This document shows positions 1-14,700 of a stretch of DNA of 64,000 nt, piece by piece. The notes beneath the pieces were generated by a model. It had not been told where the DNA came from, did not search any database, and saw only the letters and a list, made by a program, of their open reading frames with translations. The position numbers and the translations under genes are program-made. Numbering within the stretch: the stretch's first letter is position 1; each line of letters begins with the position of its first letter. Origin of the DNA: Mobula hypostoma (taxonomy: Eukaryota); assembly GCF_963921235.1 (NCBI RefSeq), contig NC_086097.1, positions 126,792,001-126,856,000 on the forward strand, given 5' to 3'.

Positions 1-2346
1 AGCCCATGACCAAAACCATAAGTAGTGATTATTTGGAGGTCTCATTCCTACAGCTAGAGTTGATATGGGCAAATCTGCCACCCCAAGTCAGAGGGTTTAC
101 TGTAGTATTTCCATCCATGTTCTTCTAATGGACTTGGGAAAGGGAACAGAAGGGAAGAGTTTCAGATGGAATGGCTGTAGTGAGGAAGCTATTATCCACA
201 TTCAGATTAGTTTATTGTCATATATACCAGGCTGCAATACATTTCTTTGCTCAGATGAAAGAATTGTGTGTGTACGTAACACACATAACAACTTGTGCAA
301 AGATAGAAATTGGAAAAGTCGTGAGGTAGTGTTCATGGATTCAATGTCCATTCAGAAAATGGATGGCAGAGGGGAAGAAGCTGTTCCTGAATCGCTGAGT
401 GACTGCCTCCTTCCTGATGGTAGCAAAGAGAACAAGGCATGACCTGGGTGATGGGGGTCCTTAATGACTGACGCTGCCTTTTTGAGGAATCGCTCCTTGA
501 AGATGTCCTGGTAAAGAGTATGCATATTAATGAATACATCAATAAATACAACACCGAGTGCAAAAACAACGCGATATAGTAGAATGATTTGGTGCAAAAA
601 AACAATGCTGAAGTGGCAATAAAGATTTTCTTGTACCTGGGTCTTCAGAACACAGAACTATAAAATTGTATCAGAAAACAACTTTAGTGCATAATGTGAA
701 TGAAATGATCAGCTCCACAGGAACTAGATTTCAACTGTGTAATAGGCTTACTCCCTGCTGATAGTGTTTGTATCTATTCCCGGTGGCACTCTGTATTGTT
801 TGCATTATCTGTGCTAGTGCTTGGCTGCTCAGTGGTATCTTTCCATCAATGAGTGGACAGTTTGGTGTCCAGGAATAGAATGGGAAGAAAGGAGTTGTGA
901 AATGGTGTGGATATACCACTTAGGCTTGTTCATGGATCTTGAGCAGGCAATGATCAACAGGGGCATGACTTGACAGTATTCACTAGATCCTACCGAGCTG
1001 GTTTCCCATGGTTCATTACTTTCTCCAAACAGTCTTTCAAAGTCTTATGGGTGCAATCACTTTGGAAGTAATAATTAGTCTGGGCTCATGCATTTCTGTT
1101 ACAATAAATAATGCATTTGTTCACAAGGCCTTCATTTGCTCCAGATCCTGCTGCAATTTTCCATGCTTCCTCATGACTAGTAATGAAGATAACACTGTTC
1201 CCTTACCATTCAAGCAAGCTGGACAACAGGGATTTTGGGAAAGCCTAGTGGGACAAGGTGAGGGCAGAGCCGCAGGTACTGCTATCTACAGGCTTGGGAT
1301 CGTAAAGGCTCTGAAGAGGGAGTCCTTGATTTCCCTGCCTTGGTCCCACATCCACTCGACTCTCCTGGCTTGAAACATGGTACAAAATCACTTTGGTGAC
1401 AGATTTTATTTTAATATATTTGAATTCGTAATGTACTAAAAACAACATTTTGCTCTTTATTTGCTTCTAAGATGTAGTAGTCTTTGGCAATTATTGTCCA
1501 TTCCATATTATCCACAAACCAAGGAACAGTTAAGAATCAAACACATTGGGCGCCGGGGGGGGGGGCGTGGGCGGGGGGGGGAGCGGGGAGGGAGGGATGG
1601 GGTCACATATAAGCCAGACATGTTATGGACAAAATATTTTCTTCCATTAAGAAGGCAGTGAAGTAAATTGATATTTACAACCATCCAATAGGTTTCCTAG
1701 ACACCACTGCAGACATGTTCTTTTAAGTAATGAGCTGAACTTAAATGTCCTTCTTGTGTTCGTTCCACAGTAAGACTGTGTAAAAAGTGAATTATTGGTG
1801 GCCTATCCTTGCAAACCTTCCTCTTCTTTCAGCAGCTGGAAGTCATTGAGTCATTGCTCTTTGGTCATAGATCTAAAGTGGTGACAACTATCTGCCACTC
1901 ACAGTACAGACAAAGTGAATTTCAATTTGATTAGCTTCACTGGAGAGTACAATGCAAGGGCTGCTCTTCAACACTTAATTAGCATTACTGACTGATTCCT
2001 CCTCCGTGGCTTTGCTTGAACTTGTATTTTGTCCCTCTGAACATCATTCCACTGTTCTATATAATTTGTTTTCTTTTCTTGTCAATGCTGCTTGTATAAA
2101 GCTAAGTGCCCATGATGTTGTAAGTTTTCCATTACACCTGTGCACACATGTACTTGTGCGTATGAGAATAAACTCAACTTTGACCTTTGACTTGATTTTG
2201 GCTTTGTCCATAACAGATGGGTAGAATTGGAACAACATTTATTTTCTAAGAATTATGAAAGCTATTGCCGCTTAAGTTTTGGAACGTATCCCTCAAGTTT
2301 TACCTTCATCTTTCAAAAAAAGATGGCATTTTTGTGATTCTTACAG

Positions 2347-2737
2347 ACTCGTGCATCCATATGGATTCCCGACAGAATTCTCCATGGTCACAACCTTTAG
2401 GATGAGAGAAGACACTCCGAGGACGGTGTGGGATTTGTGGGAGATAACTGACAGATATGGTGACAAGCAGTTCCGACTTCGTCTGTACAGTGAGATCAAA
2501 GCTGTTGAAATCTACAGTGTGGCAGCAGTGGGAGGGGGCGTCACCACCTTTGAGAATGTGGAACAGCTGTTTGACCGGGACTGGCACAAGCTCTTACTCG
2601 GTGCGACAAGGACCCAGTTGACTTTATTTGTTGATTGCCAGCAGGTTGGCACAGCTCCCATCCAACTGCTCGGATCCATTGCCATTGATGGAGTTAGTGC
2701 TATAGCTAAAGGAGCAACGACTGATGCTACACTTCCT
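2347..2737 (+). CDS. Collagen exon: TSPN (NC4-like) domain
   Basis: ttacag|ACTC...CCT|gtaagc; [19 protein letters not shown]...[12 protein letters not shown]...LFVDCQQV resembles the COL9A1 NC4 domain. Confidence 0.92.
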
Positions 2738-5700
2738 GTAAGCACCTTGTGTTCTATAATGTCCCGGTCACCAGTTCTTTATCCTCAGAGTTATATAAAT
2801 TAATGTTGAATATGCTTGTAATAACAGTAAATGTGACCATTGTTAATAATGAACTATATTTTGGGACTTTCTAGATTGTTTCATGTAATTTCCAGTGCAC
2901 AAGTGTAAAGGAGAACAAAATTACTCCTACTCCAGATCCGATGCAGCACAAACAAAACACAGTAAGATTAGGAACACAATAATAAATATAAACACAATCA
3001 ATTCAGTATAATTACCTTAGATAGCTTATGTACATAGATGGATTGCATGTCCATAAAGTGATGCTAGGCACAGGAGTGTCAGTACGTAAGGTGATTCTGA
3101 TAGGAAATGATAAAATAGTGGTGTTGAGGGGTGTGGTGGGGCGGGTTAGTGAGTGGAGATCCTTACTGCTTGGGGAAAGTAACTGTTTTTGAGTCTGATG
3201 GTCCGGGTGTGGAAGCTACGTAGCCTCCTCCCTGATGGGAGTGGGATGAGCAGGGTGGGTGGAATCCTGCATGACGTTGCAGGCCCTTTTCTACCACCTT
3301 TCTGTATATTTGCCCTTGATGGCGGGTAGGCTGGTGCTAGTGATGTATTGGGCAGTTTTGATTACCCATTGTAGAACCTTTCTCTCTGCCACAGTGCTGT
3401 TTCTGTACCAAGAAGTGTTGCAGCATGTTAGCATGCTCTCTACTGCACATCTGTAGAAGGACATGAATAAAGACGTGCATAGTCCAGCTTTCTTCACCCT
3501 CCTCAGAAAGTAGAGGTGTTAGTGACCTTTCCTGAATCTGTGGAATGTGTTTCGGGATTATGAGAGGTTGTGCAAGACGTGCACTCCCAGGAGTTTGAAA
3601 CTGTTCACAGTTTCCACTGCTGTGGTAGCGGTGTAAAGAGGGGTGTGAGTGGTGCGAGTTCTCCTGAGGCCGATAACCATCTCCTTTGTCTTGTTGACAT
3701 TGAGGAAAAGTTATTTGCCTGGCACCAGGCCTCGAGCTCTTCCACCCCCTCTCTGTAGGCAAATTTAAATTTAAAGCAACTATCTCATGATGTTTGAATT
3801 CAATTCATTTTTCCTTTTTATGTCTTTTGACATTTTTGACTGAGGGGGATTTGTATGGAGTAAAAGTCATTTGAATTCTTTTACTGTGTGATAATGAGGG
3901 GGTAGCTCAACGAAGCTGGGAGATGTTGCTGTTAGTTACATATGGGTGGGCAGTGTTTATAATTTTCCCTCTTGATATGCCAGTAAAACACAGGTGAAGT
4001 AGCAAAATATTTAAATGCTATAAACCAGACAAAGCACAATAATAATCAGCATTTCAGATTGAAGCCCTACATCCAGATTGTTTAACATAAAGTGCTGACA
4101 ATTCCTTTTCCCCTTACAGATGTTGCTCAGTCTGCTGTATTCTTCCAGATCCCAGCAAAAATAAACTTCCTGTTCCTTAGATAATATTAATAACTCATTT
4201 GGTTCAAGTGGCTAAAAGTGTCCTACCGAGCTGTTGAAGTTCTTTAGGGAAAAGCTGGATGAGGGATGCATTTTACTACTTGTAAGTCACAGAGTTCAGA
4301 GCACTAGTTTCAGACAGTGATTTATATTCACTTGCACAGTAGTGCAGCTTAGTAGAACTGCTGTCTCACAGCTCCAGTGACTTGGGTTTGATCCTGTCCG
4401 TGGGTGCTGTTTGAGTGGAATTTGTATATTCTCCCTGAGACCATGTGGTTTTCAGCCATGTGCTCCAGTTTCCTCCCACATTCCAAAGACACAAATTTGT
4501 AGATTAACTGGCCACTGTCAATTGCACTTGTGTGTTGTGGGTGGTAGAATCGGAGGAATGATTTACAGAGGTAGTTAGGGGAATTGGATTGTGCCATGAG
4601 CTGGCATATACTTGATTGGCTGAATGGCCTCTTTTTAAGCCGTATGGAAAAACGGAAATGTGGTTGTATGCTCCTCTTCAGACTCATTCGTTCTTCTATG
4701 TACCAGGTGGATGTACAACAATTCGAGATCTACAGCAACCCAAACAAGGCGGCTGAGGTATCCTGCTGCAACCTGTCAGGTTCTGTAAGTACACACCCCA
4801 CTGGAGCACATTCCCTATGCCCACTCTCCTAAAATGAAAAGTTTTCACTGTGATTTACTTTCACTTCCTGATTCGGAGCTTTGTGGTGACAGTTTCTGCT
4901 CCTGTGAACTCCCAAAGTCTCATGTTGAACGGAAAAGTTGGTGGGCTTGCTTGCGTACCTCAGTTGTCAGATCAAAGATGAAACCAGCAGAGAGCTGAAG
5001 TTTGTTTTACTTCTCTGACTTTCAGCTTTTTCTATTTCAAAGATATACTTTATTCATAATACAGCGGATTCTGGTCAATTGGGCCATTGGTTAATTGGGG
5101 CAGCCGCTTATTTGGGACTACTCTTAAAGAATCAAAAACTAATCGAGAAAATAGCCGGGATTTCCTTTGTACCCTTGGGAAATTACGTCACTTAAACTGG
5201 GACAGGAGACTGTTGCCAAACGGGTTCTAACTAGTCGATTGCACGCTGATGTCACCACAACAGGTGATGAAATGTTTGTGACCTAACCTCTAGGTTCGGC
5301 AAACAAGCAGCCAACCCGAGCTACCGATCTTCTCTTTCATTTTATCCAACAGATTTGTCAGGCCAGCTTCTCTCTCATGCCCTTTACTTCACTGTAATAC
5401 TGATACACCTGACTTTATCCTCTCCCTCCCAAACTGAAGAGTGAATTCTCTCATATTATGATCACTATCTCCTTCGCGTTCCTTTTCCTTAAGTTCCCAA
5501 ATCAACTCTGGTTCATTATTCAACACGCAATCCAGAATTGCCTTTCTCCTAGTGGGCTCAACAACAAGCTGCTCTAAAAAGCCATCTCATAGGCATTCTA
5601 CAAATTCCTTCTCTTGGGATCCTCACCAACCTGATTTTCCCAATCTACCTGTAGGTTGAAAACTCTCATGACTATCATAATATAGCCCTTTTTACATGCC

Positions 5701-8700
5701 TTTTCTATCTTCTGTTGTAATTTATACGCCACATTCTGGATACTTTTCGGAGGCCTGTATATAACCCCCATTAGGGTCTTTTTTACCTTTGCGATTTCTT
5801 ATTTCTATCCATAAGCATTCCATATCTTCCAATCTATGTCACCTCTTTTGATTTCATTTTTTACCAACAGAGCCACCCCAGCCTCTCTGACTTCCTGCCT
5901 GTCCTTTTGATACAATGTGCATCCTTGGATGTTAAGCTCCCAACCGTGATCTTCTTTCAGCCATGACTCAGTGAAGCCCACAACATCATTCCTGCTAATC
6001 TCTAAACACGCTACAAGATCATCTACCTTATTCCATATACTACGTACATTCAAATATAACACTTTTAGTTCTGTATTCATCACCCTTTTCAAATTTGCCC
6101 CTGTGTTACAGGAAGTTAAATTCTTACTTCTTCCTAAATCTAAACAACAGGAATTCTGCAGATGCTGGAAATTCAAGCAACACACATCAAAGTTGCTGGT
6201 GAACGCAGCAGGCCAGGCAGCATCTGTAGGAAGAGGTGCAGTCGACGTTTCAGGCCAAGACCTTTCGTCAGGACTAACTGAAGGAAGAGTGAGTAAGGGA
6301 TTTGAAAGTTGGAGGGGGAGGGGGAGATTCAAAATGATAGGAGAAGACAGGAGGGGGAGGGATGGAGCCAAGAGCTGGACAGGTGATTGGCAAAAGGGAT
6401 ATGAGAGGATCATGGGACAGGAGGTCCGTGAAGAAAGACAAGGAGGTGGGGGGGACCCAGCGGATGGGCAAGGGGTATATTCAGAGGGACAGAGGGAGAA
6501 AAAGGAGAGTGAGAGAAAGAATGTGTGTATATAAATAAATAACAGATGGGGTACGAGGGGGAGGTGGAGCATTAGCGGAAGTTAGAGAAGTCGATGTTCA
6601 TGCCATCAGGTTGGAGGCTACCCAGACGGAATATAAGGTGTTGTTCCTCCAACCTGAGTGTGGCTTCATCTTTACAGTAGAGGAGGCCGTGGATAGACAT
6701 GTCAGAATGGGAATGGGATGTGGAATTAAAATGTGTGGCCACTGGGAGATCCTGCTTTCTCTGGCAGACAGAGCGTAGATGTTCAGCAAAGCGGTCTCCC
6801 AGTCTGCGTCGGGTCTCGCCAATATATAAAAGGCCACATCGGGAGCACCGGATGCAGTATATCACCCCAGCCGACTCACAGGTGAAGTGTTGCCTCACCT
6901 GGAAGGACTGTTTGGGGCCCTGAATGGTGGTAAGGGAGGAAGTGTAAGGGCATGTGTAGCACTTGTTCCGCTTACACGGATAAGTGCCAGGAAGGAGATC
7001 AGTGGGGAGGGATGGGGGGGACGAATGGACAAGGGAGTTGCGTTCACCAGCAACTTTTATGTGTGTTTCTTCCTAAATCTGTTGTCTCTTTTGTATTTTG
7101 GGGACTCTCGTAACCTCTGCTGCACTCTGCTTTTTAGTTTATCTTCGCTTTACCCAACTGTTTACCTACTATTTAGTTTAAAGACGTATTTTAACCTATC
7201 CCAGCCCTGATAATTGACTTCAACTTAAGAACAAGGCTTAGGCAGTAAAAGTTCATTGAATATATTTGATAAAGCCAAGAAAAAAAGCAGACATTTATCA
7301 TAGCCACAATAGCAAATTAATTGAAATCAAATTCATTACAAAGATGTTTAAATCTTCTGTATAATCAGGATTATTTAAGGGAAGCAATACATTCTGATAC
7401 ATCATTTCCATTCCAGAGAGAATTTATTTATTTTGACTTCTTAGTGAATTTCACTGTTGGAGATTTAATCAGGCTTCCATTGGGTAGAATGTAGTCAACG
7501 TTTTCAAGCACTAATAACAAAATAAGTTTTCTTAGTTTGTGAAACAAAATGGACAGGGACATTAAGCAGAGAATGCCTACATCTATTTATACATAAATTA
7601 GCAAAAAAAAAGAAAAACATATTGTAATTTGTTGACTGTTCCTGCACACTCCAATATAAAAATTTCAAAGATGGAGTATTTATAATGATCAAATAAAGAA
7701 CAAAATGGGGCAACACCATGGCACAGCTGGTAGAAATGCTGCCTCAGAGCTCTAGGTTTTAACCTGCACTGCTTTCTGTTTGAAGTTTGCACGTTCTTCA
7801 TGAGCTCATGTGAGAACCTAAGTTTTCTCTATATGTTTGGGTTTCCTCTCATATTCCAAAGAATTGTGAGTTGGCCCTTTAAAATTACCCCAAAATATGT
7901 TGGTGAGTGGTATAACCTCAGGGAGGTTGATGGGAATGTGGAGCGAATAATAAATGGGATTAATATAGGATTGGTATGAATGCTTGGTTGATGATTAGAG
8001 TAGCCTTTGTGTGCCAAAAAATCTTGTTCCCCTACAGTAGAAGTCTAAAGCATTACAAACAAAAATTGCTAATGAATGATTTTTTTTATAACATACTTCT
8101 AATGCAGAAACAGATCTCTCATGAGATTAAAAATTAATGACATTAAGAGTAGAAACACTCCTACCCGTGTGCTCCATAATTCTGGATTGCTTCATGTCAT
8201 TTTCAGCACACAAGTGAATGAAATAATGGTTACTCCAGATCCAATAGTCACTTAAAAAATAATAGGATAAAGAACACAATAATAAAAAGAAAACACAATA
8301 AATAAAAGCACATAAAATAGCTTATGTGCGTCGATTGTATGTCCACCCAGTGACCTTAGGCACAGGTGTGTTTGTACATAAGGTGACTCTGACAGGAAAA
8401 GATAAAATAGTGGTGGGGGGGGGGATGTGTGGAGGTGTGAATTAATGGGTGGAAGTGTTGATCAGCCGTTCTGCTTGGGGAAAGAAGTTTTTGAGTCGGT
8501 GGTCCTGGCGTGGATACTATGTAGTCTCCTCCCTGATGGGAGTGGGACAAACAGTCCGTGAGCAAGGTAGGTTGGATCCTTCCTGATGTTGTTGGCCTTT
8601 TTCTGGCACCTTTCTGTATACATGGTGGGTAGGCTGGTTCCATGATGCTGGGTAGTTTGACTCCGGTGATGCATTGGGCAATGTTGACTACCCATTGTAG

Positions 8701-11700
8701 AACCTTCCTGTCTGCTGCAGTGCAGTTTCTGTACAATGTAGTGATGCAGCATGTGTAAGCACTCTTTACTGCATATCTATAGAATGAAGTGAGCATAGAT
8801 GTGCATAGTCTAGTTCTGTTCAGCCTCCTCAGAAAGTAGAGGTGTTGGTGAGCTTTCCTGATAGTGTATAATGGTTTTTTTTGGGACCAGAACATGGTCA
8901 AAAGTTGGTTGGTGAAAATGCATTCTGTTTTACATGTTGGTAGCATAAGTTACACAATGAAGCATGTAGTAGTGAGATAATACTTTTGTTGACTGCAGGG
9001 GGTTGTTGGATACACAGGTCCACGGGGGTATCCAGGAGGAAAGGGAGATATTGTAAGTATCTCACTATGTATTATCAATTATATATAGTCATGGAGAAAG
9101 CACTACAGCTCAGAAATGGGCCCTTTAGCATGTCTGCACTGAACGATTATTCTGCTTGGTTCCATTGACCTGCAGCTGGACCATGGCTCTCCATTCTTCT
9201 CTCATCCTTCTACTTGTCCAAACTTCTCCTAAGTGTTGAGATGAAACCTGATTTCATCACTTCCACTGGCAGTTCGTTAGACACTCTCACCACCCTCTTG
9301 AGTGAAGAAGTGCCCTCTCATGTTTCCCTTAAACACTTCACCTTTCAACCTTAACCTGTGACCTCTAGTTTTAGTCTCACCAAACCTCAATGGAAAAAAA
9401 ACGTCTTGCATTTATGCTATCTAAACCCCTAATAATTTTGTATACCACTATCAAATATCCCCTCATTCCTCTATGCTGCAAGGAATGAAGTGCTAACCCT
9501 ATAAGTCATGTTTTATGCACTTTATACAGTCCTGGGTAGGTCTGTAGTCCAGTGTAATTTTTGTGTTGTTTTACGTAGTTCAGTGCAGTTTTTGTATTGT
9601 TTCATGTAGCACCATGGTCCTGAAAAATGTTGTCTCATTTTTACTGTGCACTGTACCAGCAGTTATAGTGGAAATGACAATAAAAAGTGACCTGACTTGA
9701 CTCAAGTCCTGACAGCATCTTTGTAAATTTTCTCTGTAGTTTTTCAATCTTACTGATATCTTTCCTGTAGGTAGGTGACCAGAACAACACACAATACTCC
9801 AAATTAGGCCTCACCAATGCCTTATACAACTTCAGTACACTATCACAACCCCTGTACTCAATACTCTTATTTATGAACCTAATGTGCTGAAAGTTCTCTT
9901 TACTTATCTACCTGTGACACCACCTTCAAGGAATTATGGATCTGTATTTTCAGATTCCTCTGTTCTACCACACTCCTCAGTCCCCTGCCATTCACTCTGT
10001 AACTCAATACCCTGGTTGATCCCACCGAAATGCAACACCTCACAGTTGTCTGCATTAAATTCCATCTGCCATTTTCAGCCCATTTTTCCAGATCCTGCTG
10101 CATGGTTTAACAGACCTCCTTGCTGTACACTACGCCTCCAATCTTGATGTCATCTGCAAATTTGTTGATCCAGTTTACTACATTATCTTCTGGATCTTTG
10201 ATATAGATGGCAAACAACAATAGACCCAGCCCCAATCCCTGTGGCAACCACTAGTTGCAGGCTTCCAGTCAGAGAGGCAACCATCTACTACCTCTCTCCC
10301 TTATGGCTCTTCCCATGAAGCCAATGTCAAATTAAATTTGCTACCTTATTTTGAATGCCAAGAAGCTGAACCCTGTTGACCCAACTTTCCATACAGTTGG
10401 TTAGGAAAGTTCAGTCATATAACAGCACTGTTATTGCTCAGTCATTATAACAACCTATAGTTAAAATATTAGCAACATTTAAGAAATTGTGAAGTGATAT
10501 TTCTAAGTTTTATTTTAAGGGTGAAATAGGAAGACCAGGTGAAGAAGGCAGTGGAGATTCTTTTGGTGAAGTGGTAAGTGAAACTTCATAAAAATTCAAC
10601 ACAATAATCACTCAAGAATTTCATCATCTATTTAAAAATTTGTAAAGATTTCATGTAAATCTGTTTGGAAGATATTTGGTATTGCATGACTAAAGATGAC
10701 TGACAAAGTATAATTCCCTATTTGAACAGTGTTCCAAATGTTAACAACCTGGAGCAAATGAATACACATTATTGCACATCAAGCAAGCCAGAGTTTGTGT
10801 TGTTGTCCCTCTTCACGCCTTGTGGCACATCAGGCGGCAACTTTACCGTTTCTTTAGCATTTTTGCCTGTTTTTTATGAGGCTGAGTTGCTAGCTTGATG
10901 CTCAACCCAGCATGGATAGAAAGTGTGCAAGGAGCCAGCCAGATTTGAACCTGGGACCTCTCACCTCGAAGTCCGGTGTGAATGCCACTACATCACCAGC
11001 CGGCTATAATTAGTTTGTAAATAGGATAAAAACTATAAGATGTATATTGGAGGAAAGAAGTTAGCAATAAATATTAGAACTAAAAAATTACTTAGAAATT
11101 GGTTAGTGCCTCTAAATCTGTACTAACTGGATTGTTCATGACGGGATCTCCTGGTATGTCATTGATAGCTCATGAGGCTCAAGGAAACCAGCCCAAGGAC
11201 TGGGGTGTAAGTCTGTTTGTGCCCAGGTCAGGTGCATCATCCAAGTGGAAAAGGTTGGTGAGGGTCAGGGATTGGAAGCAGGAGCTCATTAGCAAGGCTA
11301 AGCAATGAATAGAGAATTGGTGAGTTGTTACCTTGGTGGCTGGGGAGGAGATGTATATGTGAAGATTGGAAATCAAAGATATGATTATTGTAACCATTAG
11401 TTGGATGATGATGTACTTTGAGGTGATGGTTTGTGTGGTGTGGTGTGCAACTTCAGGGGGTGAGTGTTGGCTATGACTTAGGGGATCAGTGGTCAGTTGT
11501 TATTTAGTGGGGTGGGCTGAGTCAGGCCTGAAGGTTGGTGGGTTGCAGACATGTTGGTAAAATTCCTGCTTGAGATGGGGGTTAGGGTGTTTCAGTGCCC
11601 TAAGGACTTCGCAGTGCTTGAAAAGCCTGCTACTGCATGAAGTGAAGCGATCTACCTGTATCTCAGCCACTGTGAAATCCTCCTTCTGGAGGTGTGGCCC

Positions 11701-14700
11701 AGGGACACTGGATTAACTGAGAATCACCACTGTGACCTCAGGCATCACAGGGACATTGCATCATACAAGCAGTATTCACAAGCAAAACATAAATTAATCA
11801 TAGTTGTACACAATTTTATAAGAAAGAAAAACAGTTTGAACAAAAAACCCAAATTCATTTTTATTGCAAGTTCTTCGGAGTGCCCTAGTGTTGCTAAACA
11901 GTAGTGGTGATTAGGGAGTTTAGGGAGATATTTATTTAGGTAACATTAAGTCAGTGGGCACTTTATTCATTACCTCCTGTGCCCAATAAAGTGACTACTG
12001 AGTATATGTTCATGGTCTTCTGCTGCTGTAGCCCATCCACTTCAAGGTTTGATGTGTTGTGCATTCAGAGATGTTCTTCTGCACACCACTGCTGTAATGC
12101 GTGGTTATATGAGTTGCTGTCGCATTCCTGTCAGCTTGAACCACTCTGGCCTTTCTCCTCTGATTAATAAGATGTTTTTGCCCAGAGAACTGTTGCTCAC
12201 TGGATGTTAGTTTTCTGTTTTTCACACCATTCTCTGTAAACTCCAGAGATTGTAGTGGATGAAAAATCCCAGGATATCAGCAGGTCTAAGATGCGCAAAC
12301 CATCCCATCTGGTATCAACAATTATTCCACAGTCAAGGGCACTTAGATCACATTCCTTTCTCATTCTGATGTTTCATCTGAAAAACAACTGAACCTCTTG
12401 ACCATGTCTGCATGCTTTATGCATTGAATTGGTGCTCCTATAATTGCCTGGTTTGATATTTGCATTAATGAGCAGGTATAGCTAATAAAGTGGCCACTGA
12501 GAGGAGTGTTGAAGCCAGAAGTCAAGTTACAGGATGAAGCGCTCTGATCATGTATTCTGTGGTCTGAGTGGTTTCAATCTGGAGCTATTAGTTTGGGGAG
12601 TGACTGTCTTAGCATTTTTTAACAACAACATTTTTCTGTACACTACTTGCAAAACTTGAAGCACAGAATAACAATTTCACCCTTATGGAACTTGTGAAAA
12701 CAAAATAAACACAAAATGTCTACGGAAAACTGACGATGATTGCAGGCTACACACACAAGATGCTGGAGGAACTCAGCAGGCCAGACAACATCTGTGGAAA
12801 AAAGTACAGTTGACATTTTGGGCTGAGACCCTTTGGCAGGACTGAAGGAAAAAAGATGGGAAGTTGACTGGTGAAAGAGATACAGGGCTGGAGAAGGAGG
12901 AGTCCGATAGGAGGGAACAGAAAGCCATGGAAGAAATGCCCCCCCCCCGCCCCCCGCCAGCTCACCAGTCCCCATACTCTTTTCCCGCTCTCACCTTATC
13001 TCCTTGCCTGTTCATTGCTTCTCTCCGGTGTTCCTCCCCCTTTTCTTTCTTCCATGGTCTTCTGTTCCCTCCTGTCGGACTCCCCCCTTCTCCAGCCCTG
13101 TATTTCTTTCACCAATCGACTTCCCAGCTCTTTACTTCATCCCTCCCCCTCCCGGTTTCACCTGTCACCTTGTGTTTTTCTCTCTCCCCTCCCTCAACTT
13201 TTAAGTCTACTCCTCATCTTCTTTTCTCCAGTCCTTCCGAAGGGTCTCGGCCCAAAATGTCAATTGTGGTACTTTATTTCAATAGCAGCTGCCTGGCCTG
13301 CTGAGTTCCTGAAGCATTCTGTGTGTGTTGCCTGGGTTTCCAGCATCTGCAGATTTTCTCTTGGTTGTGAAATGATTGCAGGCTGTTGGTTCACAGCAGG
13401 AGGCCACTTGATGGATTTGCTTTGCAATTGACAAAGTAATCTCTTCTATCAATGCTTGCAGCTGCCTGGTTACAATAGGAGGCCACTTACAGTGTGTGCA
13501 GATTTAACTGGAAAGTTAACTGGCATTACCTCCTCTTATTTACCCCTCGATCATGACCCCACTAAGGAGCACCAGGCCATTGTCTCCCACACCATCACCA
13601 ACTTTATCCGCTCAGGGGATCTCCCATCCACTGCTACCAACCTTATAGTTCCCACACCTCGCACTTCCCGTTTCTACCTCCTACCCAAGATCCACAAACC
13701 TGCATGTCCTGGCAGACCTATTGTCTCAGCTTGCTCCTGCCCCACCAAACTCGTTTCTGCATACCTCGACACGGTTTTATCCACCCTTGTTCAATCCTTC
13801 CTACCTATGTTCGTGACACTTCTCATGCTCTGAAACTTTTTGATGATTTTAAGTTCCCTGGCCCCCACCGCTTTATTTTCACCATGGATGTCCAGCCCCT
13901 ATATATTTCCATCCCCCATCAGGAAGGTCTCAAAGCTCTCCGCTTCTTTTTGGATTCCACACCTATCCAGTTCCCCTCTACCACCACTCTGCTCCGTCTA
14001 GCGGAATTAGTCCTTACTCTTACTAATTTCTCCTTTGGCTCCTCCCACTTCCTCCAAACTACAGGTGTAGCCATGGGCACCCGTATGGGTCCTAGGTATG
14101 CCTGCCTTTTTGTTGGCTTTGTGGAACAATCTATGTTCCAAACCTATTCTGGTATCTGTCCCCCACTTTTCCTTCGCTACATCGACAACGGCCTTGGCAC
14201 TGCTTCCTGCACGCATGCTGAGCTCATTGACTTCATTAATTTTGCCCCCAACTTTCACCCTGCCCTCAAGTTTACCTGGTCCATTTCCAACACCTCTCTC
14301 CTCTTTCTAGATCTTTCTGTCTCTATCTCTGGAGACAGCTTATCTACTGATGTCTCCTATAAGCCTATTGACTCTCACAGCTATCTGGGCTATTCCTCTT
14401 CTCACCCTGTCTCTTGCAAAAATTCCATCCCCTTCTCGCAATTCTTCCCTCTCCGCCGCATCTGCTCTCAGGATGAGGCTTTTCATTCCAGGACGAGGGA
14501 GATGTCCTCCTTTTTTAAAGAAAGGGGCTTCCCTTTCTCCACCATCAACACTGCTCTCAAACGCATCTCCCCCATTTCACACACATCTGCTCTCACTCCA
14601 TCCTCCCACCACCCCACTAGGAATAGGGTTCCCCTGGTCCTCACCTACCACCCCACCAGCCTCCGGGTCCAACATATTATTCTTTGTAACTTCCGCCACC

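Larger units (their letters stand above)
5400..7210 (-). mobile_element. CR1 LINE endonuclease-region fragment interrupted by a Penelope-like insertion
   Basis: [15 protein letters not shown]...[11 protein letters not shown] motifs at about 5805-6080; sequence resumes after 7080. Confidence 0.75.

Noticed and set aside
1833..1914. Possible upstream collagen exon after a polypyrimidine tract and AG
   Set aside because: Weak donor and no resemblance to a signal peptide or TSPN N-terminus.
2279..2346. ORF-track N-terminal extension of the TSPN ORF
   Set aside because: Intronic; homology begins at the acceptor at 2346/2347.
5805..6572. 255-aa minus-strand ORF as a novel gene
   Set aside because: It is a chance read-through from Penelope 3' non-coding sequence into a CR1 endonuclease fragment across an insertion junction.
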